Positions 1 to 13,640 of a DNA stretch of 64,000 nucleotides are shown here, piece after piece. Origin of the DNA: Obrimoposthia wandeli. Its lineage: Eukaryota. The stretch lies in NCBI GenBank assembly GCA_977020255.1, contig CDROCS010001382.1, positions 372,001-436,000 of the forward strand, given 5' to 3'. The notes below the pieces were generated by a model that was not told the DNA's origin, made no database searches, and saw only the letters and a list, made by a program, of their open reading frames with translations. The first letter of the stretch is position 1; each line of letters begins with the position of its first letter. Both the position numbers and the translations under genes were made by a program.

Positions 1-2908
1 CCGCCATCGCCTCCAAAACAACATGTTACATTTCAGAGATGTACTTACAGATCAAGATATGTAAGGAAGATCGGCCATGGCTAAGGTTCTTATGGAGAAA
101 TAGAGAGAACCAGAGGGAAATGTATGAATTCTAGAGAGTAGTCTTTGGAAAAAACGCCTCACCGTTCTTGGCTCAACTGGTAAACAGAGTAAATGCAGAA
201 AATTTTAAAGTGAAGTATCCAAGAGCCAGTGAGACAATTTTGCAATCAACCTACATGGACGATAGTCTAGATTCAGTGTCTTTAGTAACCGAAGCAGATA
301 AGCTAAAAGATCAGTTGGTGGAAATATGGGGGAATGCAGGGATGATTGCAAGGAAGTGGATTAGCAATAGCCCAGAGGTTAATGAAAATATACCCTTTTC
401 AGAAAGAGCAAATGTCTTACAATTAGATGACAAAGAGTGTAACTTAACAGTAAAGACATTAGGCGTACACTGGGATGCCAAATCCGACAATTTTTTCATA
501 ATGACAAAATTTGACGAAGTCGACGACATAACCAAACGATCTTTCTTAAGTTTTTTATCAAAAGTGTTTGATCCATTAAGTTTTGTTAGCCCGATAGTCA
601 TTAGAGCCAAAATTATTATGCAGGAAGTCTGGCTTACAGGGTTGGATTGGGATCAAAAAGTCAATCAAGAATTAACTAAGAGAATAGTACAATGGATAGC
701 GGATTGTATGTGACTGAAAGAGATCAAGATTCCGAGGTGGATGATAACAAGTGAGAAACAGCAAGAAATTCATGTATTCGTGGATGCCTCGACTACTGCG
801 TATGGTGCAGTGGCATACATGCGTAATGAAGACATGGCATAGTGACGATGAGATTGATGGTAGCTAAGAGTAGAGTTGCCCCAGTGAGAATAAAAATGTA
901 CCCAGATTAGAGCTTATGGCTGCAGTGATTGGAGGGAAGTTAGCACAAACGATATGGGAGGCCTTAAATTTAACGGAGGTAAAAGCAACATTTTGGTCGG
1001 ACAGCAAGAACGTATTATGGTGGATACGCCAGCTGGGAAGATACTACAACCCCTTTGTAGCCAACCGAGTGGGGATGATCCAAGAGAATACCGATATAAA
1101 GCTCTGGAGGTAAGTGCACACGAAGCTAAATCCAGCAGATAAACTATCACGGGAAGTCGATGTACAGTTATTGATTGATGAGACAATTTGGTGAGAAGGA
1201 CCGGAGTACCTAAAGGAACAGAAAGAAAATTGGCCAGTTAATTTAGACTTAGAAGAAATACAGTCAGATAAAGAGAAAAAGAGACGGTACAAGGAGGTAA
1301 CAATGTTCATACAGGAAGTAAACTTATTCCGACTTGACGAGGTTGAAGAGAGTCTTAGCTTGGATACTACGATTTGCACGAAATATAAAGTTAATTCAAA
1401 ATCACAGACTTGTAGGCGAGCTGAAGATGGATTAGGTGGAAGAAGGGATGCAGTAGTTGATAAAGCATGAACAGATTCAGTACTTCTGCAAGGAATACCA
1501 AAGGTTGATAAAGAGGAACGAGATTGAGAGAACAAGCTCCTTACTAAGGTTGAAGCCGTAGGTGGATGAAAAGGGATAATCAGAGCCAATACCCGAATTA
1601 TTAATGTGGAGTTTTTAGATAATGACACAAAATATCCCATAGTGTTATAGAAAAAGGTTGGCTGACTAGATTAATCATAAAGATACACAAGAGGTTACGA
1701 CATTACGCCGGGGTACAGCATATACTGAATGAGAGCCAAAAGAAATATTGGATTCCTAAAGTACGAAGAGTAATCAAAAAAATAGAGCGAGAATGCTTAG
1801 ACTGCAATAAAGTAAAGCCGCAGGGATGGTCGAAGAGATGGCCCCCTTGCCCGGATTCAGATTCGAACAACCGTTAAGGGCTTTTGCAATCATCAGAGTG
1901 GACTTTGCAGGACCATTCATCACAAAACAAGGACGGGGAAGAATGAGGACTAAGAGATACCTTTGCCTTTTTACATGCCTGCAAACGCGGGTCATTCATT
2001 TAGAGGTGGCTTATGATCTGGATGTCGATGGGTTTATTAGGGCATTAAAAAGAGTTATAGGAAGAAGAGGAAGACCACGAATGATAATATCGGATAATGG
2101 AACAAATTTTGTTTGGGTAGTTAATGAAGTGAACGAATTGGTACGGGATGGTTATCAGATTCGGAAAGAGTTAGTAAATGAGGAGATACGTTGGGTCTTC
2201 AACCACATTTTGGAGGGGTCTTTGAGATCTTGATAAAATATGCAAAAAGGGCTATATACCGGTTATTAAGAGGAGCTAAAGTGACTGACGCAGAGTTACA
2301 ATCAGTGTTCATCGAAGCGGAAAGCCTTGTAAATTCTAGGCCCATTGGAGTTAAGAGCATGGATGCGAAAGAGAATGAGGCGGTTACACCCAACCATTTT
2401 TTTAATAAATCAGGCGTATGCTGAGACGAAGTTTGGGAGCGAGGAAATAAAGTCGAAGCACAGATGAAAGTTTGTCCAAAGGTTAAACAGTATGCTATGG
2501 AAGCGATGGATGGAGGAGATTGTACCCATGTAGGCACCGAGACAGAAGTGGCATGAGGCATGCACACCGTTACTGATCGATGACATCGTGTGGATAATAG
2601 AGAAAAAAGAGGAGAGAGGTAAATGTAAATTAGGAAGAGTGGGAAAATTAGAGACAGGAGAGGATGGCAAGGTGAGAGTAGCAAAGATTAGGGTGGGAAG
2701 TAAGCTAATAGTTAGAGCGCTACATAGCGTGTGTAGATTAGATTGGGTCTTTTGAGCTGGTTTATAATTTGCTCATTGTTATCATTCTGTCAATGCTGAA
2801 TAATGAAAGTAAGCATGTGATTGGGAGATAATGATGAGTAAAGAGGTTATAGAACGTTAAATAGAATATCAGCCGTAGATTGATCATATCTGATCAAATG
2901 GGGAAGAA
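1..2908 (+). mobile_element. Bel/Pao LTR retrotransposon, decayed 3' part of pol (RT, RNase H, integrase, DUF5641-like tail) ending at a putative PPT
   Basis: ISEMYLQIKI...LRFLWR and YMDD (RT); TLGVHWD...KRSFLSFLSKVFDPL; VFVDASTTAYGAVAY and AKSRVAP/PRLELMAA (Pao RNase H); VDFAGPF...YLCLFTCLQTRVIHLE and SDNGTNF (integrase). Contains many stops and frameshifts. Purine tract ggggaagaa lies at about 2899-2908. Confidence 0.93.
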
Positions 2909-5900
2909 TATTAAAAAACCTCCGAAAGAATTAAATATATTAAAATACTTTTAGAAATAAATTCAATGGTGGGCAGTGAGATGACGATGATGGGCGGGTA
3001 ATGGATCTGGTAATGGGGGTCATCTTTTTATGTAAATATTTTAATCGTTATGTCTTTTAACAGGTTAATTTAATTTAACCTTGGTTATAAAAGTAATGTT
3101 TAAATGTAAATGATTTATGTATCTATGTCAAGAGTTGATATGAAGAAGTAATGAATAAATAAATTAGAGAAAAAGTCTTAATTGTTATGCTTTCCCGCCA
3201 TCACCTCCGAAACACTACTAATTCTACCTAATGATAGACTAAATAACTACTAAATTAAACAATTACTAAATTTCAAAAATCAAATACTTGTCTACTTGTC
3301 GATGTGCTGTGATTCCAACGATTATTCCGTAATCTCAGGATTCGATTTGTACTTGCCTATTTGTCCATGTGCTGTGATTCCGTAACTCTCCAAATTAGTC
3401 TCGAAATTTCTGTAATTGTAAATAGTAAATTTATCTTATATATGTATATATATACCGAATCTACCTGATTATTTCACGGCCGCTAAGTGGATTTTGAGTG
3501 CTCGTTTCTTGTTTCTCTGGGTGGATGATTTTCAAATTTATGTTTTTGATGAGCGTTGGCTTTCGGTTTTTGTTGATGAACGTTGTATAGTTGGTGTTCT
3601 GTCGGATAATGGTGTATGGACCCTCGTATTTTGGGTCTGGTGAGTGATGGTTGTGTATTTTTATATATGTTTGTGCGTGTGTTGTGATAGATTTGGGTTT
3701 CATTTATGTGTTTGTTTGTGTGTCATGTTTGTTGTCTATGCGTGGTAAGTGTCCTTTGAATATTCGATGTGTGGGGATTTTGTTGTCGTCTAGATGAGGG
3801 GTGTTTCTGAGACCCATGATGCAGTTGTGAATGTTGTGTTGCCAATTCTTTGGGTTGTCGAAGCATGTCAAACGTTTCTTAATTCGGCGGTGTAGTCGTT
3901 CTATTTTGTCATTTGATTGTGGATTGTATGTGGTCGTGGTTGTGTGTTTAATGTTTTTGTTGTTGCAGCAGTGATTGAATGCTTTGTTGATGAATTGCCG
4001 TCCCTGATCTGTGATTATCTTTGAAGGGAAACCGTAGGTGGTGAACAAATGCTTATGTATTTTGTTCCCTGTATATGCGGATGATGTTTGATGGGTATGG
4101 CGGAAAACCAGATTGTGTTGTTGTCTATTATTGTCAGGAGGTATGTGTACGAGTTGTTTGAAAGTAGTGGTCCTTCGAGGTCAATATGAATTGTGTGGAA
4201 TGCGTTTTTGCTTGTGACGGTGAGCGGGATTGTTTTGTAATTTTTTTGTGATTTGTTGTTGTTGCATTTGATGCATTGTCTAACGGATGTTTGGATGTCT
4301 TGGCGCATGCATGATCATATGTAAGTTTATTTGATTATGTCGAATGTTGCTTTTATGCCAGGGTGATGGAAGTCGTGGATGTGTTTCATGCATGTCGTAC
4401 GTAGTTGTTTGGGGAGTATGACTCTAGTTAAACCGGGGGTAGTGGTTTCGTACCATATGTCGTTTGTTTTTGTAAGATGTAAGTTTCCTCGTGTGAATTC
4501 GGATATATCTTGTTTGTGTCTGATGTCTGCGCCTGAGAAAATATTTTGTGTTATGATGTTGTTGTTTTGTGGTATGCGTGAGAGTGTGTCTGCTACGATG
4601 TTTGTGTTTCCTGTGATGTGTTTGAGAGTACAATTGAATAGCGAGATGTAGATGTGGCGAGGGTGTTTTCATGGTGATGATGTGTAGAAGGGTTTATGAT
4701 CTGTGTAAATTGTGAAAGTGTTACCTTCTAGATGTGTTTCGAAGTGATTTATGGCCTCGTATAAGGCCAGTAATTCTCTATCGTATGTTTAGTATTTGGT
4801 CTGGTGTATTTTCAGTTTCCTTGAGAAGAATGTGATTGGCTGTGGTGTGGTTTATGTTGTTTGATTTAGAACTGCTCCTATTGCGTGACTTGAAGCATCT
4901 GTGGTGGGCGTAAGTGGCACGTTTGGAATTGGGAAATTTTATGTTTTAGCGTCTGTGAGTGCTTGTTTGGCTGTGTCGAAATGTTTTATGTCGATGTCAG
5001 TTAGTGTAATCGTTGCTTGTTTGTGCGTGTTTTTGATTAGGTCGTGTAGAGAGGCTAGTGTTTATTGCATTTTGGTATGTGTCTGTGGTAAAAATCCACC
5101 ATTTCTAAGAAGCTTCTGATTTCTTTGATCTTGGTTGGCATTGGCATGTTGTTTATCGTGCTTGTCTTGTTTGATAGAGGTTTGATTTGGTTATGTTATA
5201 TGGTATGTCCTAGGAACTCTATTTGTGCTTGGTGGTAAAGGCATTCTTTGGTGTTGATCTCGAGGTTGTGTTTTTTTAGCATGTCTTTTACATTTGGTAT
5301 GTTTTTAATGTGATAGTCATGGTTGTTGCTCCCTATTAGGATATCGTCTATGTAGTTTACAATGTTGTTTGTGTTTGTGAATATGTAATTCATGAACCTT
5401 TGGAACGTGGCGGTGGAATTTTTTAGACCAAATGGCATCTTGATGTATTCGTAGAGTCCGATTGGTGTGATTATTGCTGTTTTGTTGATGTCCTCTGTGT
5501 GCATAGTCATGTTGTGGTAGGCTGATGTGAGATCTATCGCGTCTGTTTTTGTGTATATTGTGCCTAATGCTTTTTGGTTATGTGTTGTTCAGTTTGTTGT
5601 ATAGGTGTGGGGTTTGTATGTATTGGTGTTTTGTTTTTTGCAGTCGATGATTAGGTTGAAATTGGCTAGAAGTCAGCTCCGATTATTGGTTGTATTATGT
5701 CAACTATGACAAAATCCCATTTGTAGGGGATGTTGACTAAAATTATTGTTAGGTTTGACGTACCGAAAGTTTTATTGATCTGTGGCTTGCTGCCATGAGT
5801 GCTATAGGTGGGGTGTGTTGTCTGAGTGTTGACGTGATGGTATATGAGATTATATATATTGAAGGGCAAGTGTCTATGACGAAATGGATGTTATTGATTT

Positions 5901-7302
5901 TTGAGTGCACCGTGAATATGTTGGAGCAATCAACGGTAATTGGTGCGCTTACTGTTGATTTAAGTCGTTTTTATGGTATGTGCAAGGCGTGGCGAATTTG
6001 ATGGTTTTGATTCCGTATGTATTGTGGTAATAGCAGTAGTTTGGATTGGGTTGCTTATTGTTATTGTGTGGTGAGGGTGATCTGTATCTGTTATTAGTGT
6101 ATTGTCGTTTATTGTCGTAATATGATGATGGTGATATGTATCTGTTGGTTGTCTGTTGTTGTTTGTTGTCGTAATATAGTGATGGTGATCTATATCTGTT
6201 GATGGTGTGTTGGTGTATGATCATTTTTAAATTGTCTATTTCTGATTCGATTTTGTTTGTTGGGTTACTTTGTATGTGCAATGTTTGTTTGTTGTTGGTT
6301 GTATGCAATTGTGGCCAGTTCTTCTAATGATTTGTTTTCCAACGTTGTTATTATTTTTTTGTCTTGTGGGAAAAGACTTCTTGGAGTAGTGAATCGTGTG
6401 TGTCATGTGTGTCATGATGTTGGGTTGAATGTGTTTCTGTTTAGTCTTTAATGTGTTTAAGAGATGGCTGCGCTTTTTGTATGGAAGTGATGGGTGAGTT
6501 GAATAGATCTACAAATAAATCGTGTTTATTTATAGTGTAGTGTTTGTTTAAAATGTGTTTGAAATGATCTAAAGGTGAAGTGTGTTTGTGAATGTCGGTG
6601 AGATCATGTGCTATGTCATTGAGTGTGTCGGTGAGTAGTGATGAGATGATTTTGTGTGTGATGTGTTTCGGGTTGTGAGTTCCTGACAGATTTATGAGGG
6701 TTTGGGTGAGAAACAACCAATTATTAGGACTGTTATTTTTGTATAGGAAAAATGCTGGTATAGAAGTTTTGTTGTGTGTCATTTTGGGATTTTATGTAGT
6801 AACTGTGTAAAGATTATGTAAAAAATGTAAATAATAGGGGGAATTTTATGTTGTGGCTCCAGTAATAAATATTTGCTTACAAAGTTGGCTAAAGCTGGCG
6901 ATAAAGTTGTCTAACAAACGTGGATTGGGCGATAAAATTTTGGTACCTGGGGTTGTAGCAGGACTTGTAGTTTTATGCGATTTATTTAGTCGATATAATC
7001 GATGGTCGGCTGTTTCTGTTGGGCTTGGTGCTGCTGTTGCTGCTTACCGGTATCCGGCTGACAGAGTAGAGTATTTAGAGGTGGTTCTGTTGCTGTTGTG
7101 TCTTCTTACTTCGAGTGGGCGAGAATGATGATGTTGGTGGTGCTAGTTGCTGCTTGCTGAGGCTGGTTGCTGTAGGCTGTTGCTTTTGAGACTGGTTGGA
7201 TTCTGATAGTTGGTTGTTGAGGGAAGGTTTTGTAGCCTGACTCGTGTACAGGAATTTGTAGGTGGTGGGGTCAGTGTCCTTTGTTGTATTGCTTCTTTTC
7301 TA

Positions 7303-7319
7303 CCCCACTTCTGACACCA
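7303..7319 (-). promoter_or_regulatory. Primer binding site (tRNA-Leu-like) of the Gypsy element
   Basis: The minus strand reads TGGTGTCAGAAGTGGGG just after the LTR end (...TACA). This is complementary to the 3' end of metazoan tRNA-Leu (...CCCACTTCTGACACCA). Confidence 0.8.
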
Positions 7320-7321
7320 AT

Positions 7322-7531
7322 TGTAAGCGTTGGATGGGTGATAGAGAGAGTTGTGATTGAGAAATTATAGGAGCGACAAATGAAAATAACACGATCTAGA
7401 TTTCGTATCGATTTATTGTATTTAGGTTAATCACAATGATAATAATAATCACAATAATAATAATTACAATAACGTAATAAAACATAAAAACACAAGGTAA
7501 TGATGGAGAGAGAAAGGATAGTGTCACAACA
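7322..7531 (-). repeat. Putative 5' LTR of the Gypsy element
   Basis: TG at 7322 next to the PBS and ACA at about 7529-7531 on the plus strand. No second copy is in the window, so the far boundary is inferred. Confidence 0.5.
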
Positions 7532-7902
7532 CCTACGTTCAACAGTTACTCGCGAAGAACTTGTTATTGTTTGACTTGATGGATTAATATTTTATCTATG
7601 ATTATTTCTATTATAATTCATATTAGCATATAAATTACTACAAGAACCTATATATGTACTTGCTCTATTTTGATTATTTTGATTATTTATTTTCAATAAA
7701 ATCGTTATCAAAATATTTTTTATACTGCTTTGTTCTCGAGGATAAAGACATCATATGACATCATTTGCACATATGTTGCAAAGAGTTGTAAAATGTTGCA
7801 ATGTGGTCTAAAAATAGATTTTCACCTAGTATATAAGCTGTACATTTTTCTCATTCTATTTTGTTAAGACTACTAAATTTATTGGAAATTATTTTTAGCA
7901 AA

Positions 7903-8875
7903 ATGGAGAATTTAGCATTAGACGACTACATTTTGATAAAATTTCAAGAAGAAATGAAGATATAATATCTGAACAGGGAAGATTAGAATCATTACGAAGA
8001 AAGTTTACTGGTTTAGCGGATAAGATAGCATTAGCAAAAGCAGGATTTTATAAACACGATGATTCAAGTGATAATGTAAAGTGTGTTTACTGTTTGGGAG
8101 CATTATCTGAATGAGAGTGGTATCTTAAACCAATGAGGCAACATATGATATATTTCCTGACATGTCCATTTATTTTGAAAATGAATGCACCAAATGAAGC
8201 AATATTTGAAACAAGTAACAAAAAAATTGATTTTGATACAACTCCTATAGATAAAGTAGTTATTGTACGTAATAATTATTTTAATGATATTGAAATACCT
8301 ACATTATTGATTTTCCCGCATGTATATATTTGGAATGATTCATATCGATGTCGTTTCTGTCAGAAAGCAGTACCCCGACTTGAGTTTATTGAGACTAAGC
8401 CAGAGATAATATTTCATATCTAAGATTGTAAAGCATCTAATATTGGTATTAAGAATGGATGTATTATTGAATATCCTATTTTTAATGATGAAATTGATGC
8501 TCATATGGAAACTCGTCAAATATTTTTGCTGAAACGGGATTATAATCATGATAAAATCAAAGCCGTTTCAGTAAATAGGTTTAAAATATTCGGTAAAAAA
8601 ATATGATTATATATTTGAGTTTATAACGGATTTAAGTTCTTTACAAATAAAATCTGAACCAAGACATGCTATAAATGATCTTGAATACCTCTTACCAAAT
8701 CCCGAATCCCGAATGTATTGTTTGCATGACAGATATGATTTCCGTAGCATTTTTACCATATGGACCCTTAAACACATGTATCAAATGTTCAGGATATTTT
8801 ATTTCATGTCCATATTGCAAGAAATTTATTATTAGAAGAATAAGAAATATCAGATTTCACGGGATAAACAATTAA
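7903..8875 (+). pseudogene. Inhibitor of apoptosis (BIR + RING), Polinton cargo, disrupted
   Basis: LAKAGFYKHDDSSDNVKCVYCLGALSE*EWYLKPMRQH...TCPF (BIR) and CIVC...VAFLPYG...CIKC...CPYC (RING). Homologous to the intact ORF at 52861-53760. Confidence 0.88.
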
Positions 8876-8953
8876 CCAAAGAGATCACATGCAATCTAAA
8901 AATAGATTTTCAAATAATATAAATAGAACAAACCTGTTTATAATTAATCAGAA

Positions 8954-9431
8954 ATGCTATTTCACAATATGGTGAATATTAATTATAAGGGATATGTTGT
9001 TAGTGCCATTCAACACTTACCATTTCGGACTTTGAAGCCTCATCAGTATCGACTCAAATGTGAAAATTATTCTATGAAAATTTTCAAATCTGATAATTTA
9101 TTTTACATTTAAATATTAGTATAATTTAGGAACATGTAGAATAATAGGTTGTAAAAGCGTGCTAGATGAAAGCACTCTTTCTTTTGATATTAAAATAGAA
9201 AGAATCCAATCAATCAGTGTCAGTACTAATCTAAAAAAACAAATAAACCTAAGCAAGCTGACCAAATGTATGGGATTGGATGCTGTTTACGAGCGAGAAA
9301 TCTTCCCAGGAGTTCAATACGTCATGTACAATCCACTATGTGTGAACATTTTCGCAAGCAGAAAGATTATGATACTTGGTGTTAAGTCTTTAATTGTTGA
9401 ATATCTGATTGAATTTATTTTCTTAATATAA
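8954..9431 (+). pseudogene. TBP-like protein (two-repeat TATA-binding-protein fold), Polinton cargo, with a 37-nt intron remnant
   Basis: NINYKG...IFKS|GTCRIIG and YEREIFPGVQY...VNIFASRKIMILGVK. Intron 9093-9129 ends in tttag; the donor reads AT instead of GT. Confidence 0.75.
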
Positions 9432-10148
9432 ATATTTACACTTGTGTTATTTATTTCTTAAACAAAGACATCATATGCAAAAAGTTGCAAAAATATGCAA
9501 AATGTTGCAATATTACAAAAATAGACTTCTCTTTGTTTTCTGAGTTATAAACAATATTTTATTTGGATGAAGTTATTAATTGTACAGAGGTGCAAGATGC
9601 ATTACAAGATCTTGCATCAATTATACTTGTAGCATTAAATAGGAAAATTAATGATGAGTAATATTTATTAGTACTTTATTTAACTCATTATTTAGGTTAC
9701 ATCATCAACTAAATTTATATAAGATGTTAAGTACAATGAAAAAGTTGAATAAAAAAAAATCAAATCACACGAAGAGAATTATGAATAAACTGATACTCCA
9801 ATGAAATCAAACCTCGATTAGTATATAAGAGTAAAACTTTCAACTCTGAATTGAAAAATGGAGAAAATTAATGATACATCAGAAAGATCACCAACAGCAA
9901 GATCATCTGCAACAGCGATGAGAAGAGAAGAAACTATTGATGAATTGAAGATAGAAGAAGTTATTATAGAGAAGACAATTATTGAAAAAGATAAGAAACG
10001 ATTAGATTTTTTAAAATGCTTTGGCTTTTATGGAACCCATACTAGCTCATGCTTCCAGTATGGAGGTGAACCACATGACCCATCTTTTTGATAGTTTGTT
10101 TATAGCTAGATTTAGTCAACAAAATGTAGAAAAATAAACAAAACAAAA

Positions 10149-10565
10149 ATGAGTGAGATTTTAGTAAATCAATTATATATTGGTAATTATCGAGATGCTT
10201 TTGATGAAACTAAACTTTTTAAATCCGAATTCACTCATGTAATCAATAGATCTATATTGGATAAGTTATCTTATAAGAAATTAAAGTATACTTCTGTCTT
10301 TGCAAACTCAAAATTAGAAGAAACAAAAATAAAATATTATAAAAAGACTAATAATATAATTAAAGAAACTATCAAAAATGGTGGTAAAATCTTAGTATGT
10401 GGTCATTATGGTAGTTAACATGCTGCTTGTATTGTTATTTCATTTTTATCTCATTCAATGGGTGTTACTGCTGCTTCCAATCTTGTTAAAGCTAAACGGA
10501 TTATTGCTGCTCCTAATGAAGCTATGCTTAATCAAATACATAATTTTAATCGTTATGATATGTAA
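10149..10565 (+). pseudogene. Dual-specificity phosphatase-like gene, Polinton cargo
   Basis: MSEILVNQLYIGNYRDAFD...THVIN...GGKILVCGHYGS*HAACIVISFL...AKRIIAAPNEAMLNQI. The catalytic loop is degenerate and has an internal stop. Confidence 0.75.
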
Positions 10566-10954
10566 ATTTTATTCCTCAAAGTCTTTATTAGTCAGTGTTG
10601 TTAATCAGCAGACAATCATATTTTAGTTGTATAAGCAAATTACTTTTTACTCCTTCTTCATTATTATGTCTACTACTAATTATTTCAATCAAGGTGTTAA
10701 CAAGGCGGTGAAGAGCTTCATTTCAAAAGAGGTTATCGAAAAAGATGTCCTGAAACTCATTGATGCAACAGATCTACCCCTGGGTGAAAAGGTAAGAAGA
10801 ATGATTCACAACAACGCAGTCGATCCTCTCATTCTGGGCTACAACCAGAAGACAGAAGAGTATGCAAAGAAAAAAGAGAAAATGAGCTTTTTGTAGGAGA
10901 AGAGTTTTTTTATTGTTTATTATGAACTTAAAAAATAATTCAGTTTTTCAATTT

Positions 10955-11390
10955 GTAGGTCCGAGTGGTAGTGAGAAAACTGATTTTGTTTGTAAGTTAC
11001 TGCAGAATAATAAATACTTTACTTTCAAGTTTAATTAGATATATTGGCATCAGGGAAAAGATGGAGAAGCTGGTTTAACCAGTAAAGAGTTTAAGAAAAT
11101 CAAAAATATAAAAGTCATTAACAGATTTGATGATAATTGGTCTGAGCGATTAATTTAAATGTGCATTACCTTGTTCTTTTTAAGAATCCGCGTGATCATA
11201 TTGTTATTGATTTTGTTGCAAGGCAAGCTTACCCGAATAATAGAAATTACTAGATTAATGCATTTCAAGATGCTACTACCATTCCTCATGGTTACATTTT
11301 TTTTGAATTTTCCCAAGATTGTCCTGATGGGCTAAGAGTTAAATCTCATATATTCAACCCATCCGGTATTACCATTTACAAACAATCAAA
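10955..11390 (+). pseudogene. Polinton A32-like packaging ATPase, disrupted with internal deletion
   Basis: VGPSGSEKTDFV; LVLFKNPRDH.VIDFVARQAYP; AFQDATTIPHGYIFFEFSQDCPDGLRV. Confidence 0.88.
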
Positions 11391-11408
11391 TAAACAGGTT
11401 TCCCGAAG

Positions 11409-11817
11409 ATGAGTTTTAAAAAGGAAGTTATTAAACCTGAAGTCAAGAAATTGATTAAATCGGGTTTAAGAGCAAGGAAAATGGTTCCCGTAAAACAAAT
11501 AAGAAATCTGGGAGTATTACATATTCCAATTCTCTTATGCAGGGGCCCACTATTCGACGTCTGACTATTCTTAAATCATTTCCTACTTTTGTAATAGATG
11601 ATTTACCTAATATGGTACAGAAAATAGTTTCCGGTATGGTACCCGTTAAGACTAAAATGAATTGACATAAGAAACCTCTACTTGTCTTGTTTCAAGCTAA
11701 AACACAAGCCAGTAAATGTAAGTTGCTGTATAAGCAAAGGGGAAGATTTTTAATATTTCTAGTACTGATTATTAGCTCAATAGTTGGTGCACTCGCTAGC
11801 AGATTAATAAAAGGATG
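11409..11817 (+). pseudogene. Polinton small basic/core protein remnants
   Basis: Ends LYKQRGRFLIFLVLIISSIVGALASRLIKG*, homologous to KQKGGFIGALIPIIATLVSPLIAKLINS of ORF 51223-51552. Confidence 0.6.
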
Positions 11818-11843
11818 ATTATAAACATGAATTTTAATTTTAA

Positions 11844-12714
11844 TTGAATTACAGTAATGATACTAAATTGATTAATCTTGATGCAATTGGGTTTGATGAT
11901 AGTGAAGATAGAAGAGAAGCTTGGATTGCAAAATCAAAGGTATTGTCACTTTGTGGGAGTCTCCATTTAAATATCTTTAAGCAACCAAAGTATATTTTAC
12001 CTGGTGTAAGTGCCCATATTCGAATGAAGAGAAATCCAGTAGGTTATAGCGTTGTTTGTGCAGATACTATTAAATCAGCAATTGAGATTACGGAAGCAAA
12101 GTTACTGATTCGTAGAGTAAAGGTGGAACCATCTGTACTCGTTGGGCATAAAAGGGGGTTAGAGAAGCAGAATGCATTCTATCCTATAAGAAAAACTAAT
12201 CTTGTTTCTCATTATATCCCCACGGGAGTACTCTCTTATTACAAGGATCAGCATTTCGGGGATATGCAGCTCCCAAACTTTGTTTTAATTGCTTTCCAAA
12301 ACACTTCCACCTATGGAGGTGAGTCTAGAAATGAGATTTCTCAATTTTGACATCTGAATGTGAATTCAATCAAACTAGCACGAAATATCGATTATCAAGA
12401 AACTTATACGAATGACTTTGAAAATAATAATTATGTATTTTCTTACGTACAATCTTTAATTATAAATCTTGGTCACTTGGATAAGGATGCTAATGTTGGT
12501 ATTTCAATGACCGATTTTAGTAAACAAATATACACTGTTCACATTTGTTCTCTCTCCTGATCTCGATATTAATCAAGCTCAAATCCCTAAACAGAGAAAT
12601 TTGAAAGTAGAAATCAAGTTAACGAAAGCACTTAAACAACCTACGAATATTATAATCTATGGAGTATTTGATTCTGAGGTCCAAATAATCAAGGCGGGTA
12701 CCGTACTAGTATAA
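11844..12714 (+). pseudogene. Polinton major capsid protein (double jelly-roll), middle and C-terminal part
   Basis: GF..RREAWIAKSKVLSLCGSLHLNIFKQPKYILPGV; AKLLIRRVKVEPSV; AFYPI; LPNFVLIAF. Split by stops, and the N-terminus is absent here. Confidence 0.85.
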
Positions 12715-12759
12715 ACAAAATGACGATAACAAGAAGACATAAATGAAGTAAGTTCGTTT

Positions 12760-13115
12760 GAAATAATCAATTAACATACAATCTAGTTCGCTCGACATAA
12801 TTAAAAGACGGGAGAAAACTACTCGGATCGCGTTTCAATGGAGTCTTGATTATATCCACTCATTGACTCGCCCAGGTGGATATGTAATCAATACACATTC
12901 ATCTAATTTGCGTGGAGAACATTGGATTGCAATACATGATTAAGAAAAAGAAATATTTGTTTTTGATCGCTATGGGATATATTACCCATCTAAATTAGTA
13001 TATACAGTACTTGTCTCTGAAAAGAAAGTACATTTTAGTAAGAAACATTATCAGAATGCTTTAACACGAACATGTGGACAACTCTGTCTATTATGGTTAA
13101 AGCATAAACAAGGGA
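12760..13115 (+). pseudogene. Polinton adenain-like cysteine protease, disrupted
   Basis: RFNGV..YPL..LTRPGGYVINTHSSNLRGEHWIAI...FDRYG...QNALTRTCGQLCLLWL. Confidence 0.85.
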
Positions 13116-13152
13116 TATAAACAATCTTAAATAAAACGAATTGATTAAAAAT

Positions 13153-13640
13153 TTATGTTTATTTTATTGATTTTGAAGCTTTCATCGGGTCAAATAATGA
13201 ATTCCTTATGAAGGAATTGTACATAATGAATGTGGATAATATTTTATTTCCTGACCATTATGTTTTTAAAATGTACCCTATATGGTATATAATGAGTAGA
13301 AAATCTAGAAAAATAATTATATATCTCATTAAGTATAACCATCGATTAAATCTAGCTTATAGGAATAGTTATTTAGGAGAAACAAAATAACTGAAGAAAT
13401 AAAAAGTCAATGTAATGTATCCAAATCAATTTTCTTTGTTTTGGATGAATATGACGGGGCTAAAATAAAGACATACAATAATTTTTTTCCTGAATTTAGA
13501 CTCGTAAATTACTCTAAAACGTTGAAAAAGCTATACCCCATTCCACCTAATATTAGTTGCCCATATATTGAGCACAGGGATACATTGTGCATACAAGAAA
13601 TGCTTTGCGGCTAGTTTGGATTATTTAAACTACTTACAAT
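13153..13640 (+). pseudogene. Small DEDD-exonuclease-like Polinton accessory gene
   Basis: FIDFEAF...MKEL and C-terminal CPYIEH. Homologous to the intact ORF 63415-63903. Confidence 0.6.

Larger units (their letters stand above)
3461..7531 (-). mobile_element. Ty3/Gypsy LTR retrotransposon, decayed (gag-PR-RT-RH-IN); 5' LTR and PBS present, 3' LTR not found
   Basis: Minus-strand fragments: gag-like 6441-6782 and 5949-6308; protease region about 5666-5900 (IIGADF); RT 5196-5510 (KTAIITPIGLYEY..MPFGLKN, YIDDILI); RNase H about 4700-5100; integrase 3704-4308 (IHIDLEGPL, ITDQGRQF, IERLHR); GPY-like YEGPY at 3461-3703. Confidence 0.92.

Noticed and set aside
1-3214. 20-bp similarity between 1-20 and 3195-3214 as LTR or direct-repeat evidence
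   Set aside because: It is too short, and the first copy abuts RT coding sequence at the window edge.
4379-7128. Plus-strand ORFs rich in Val/Cys/Met (for example 4379-4651, 4901-5119, 6853-7128)
   Set aside because: They are antisense shadows of the A/C-rich Gypsy coding strand.
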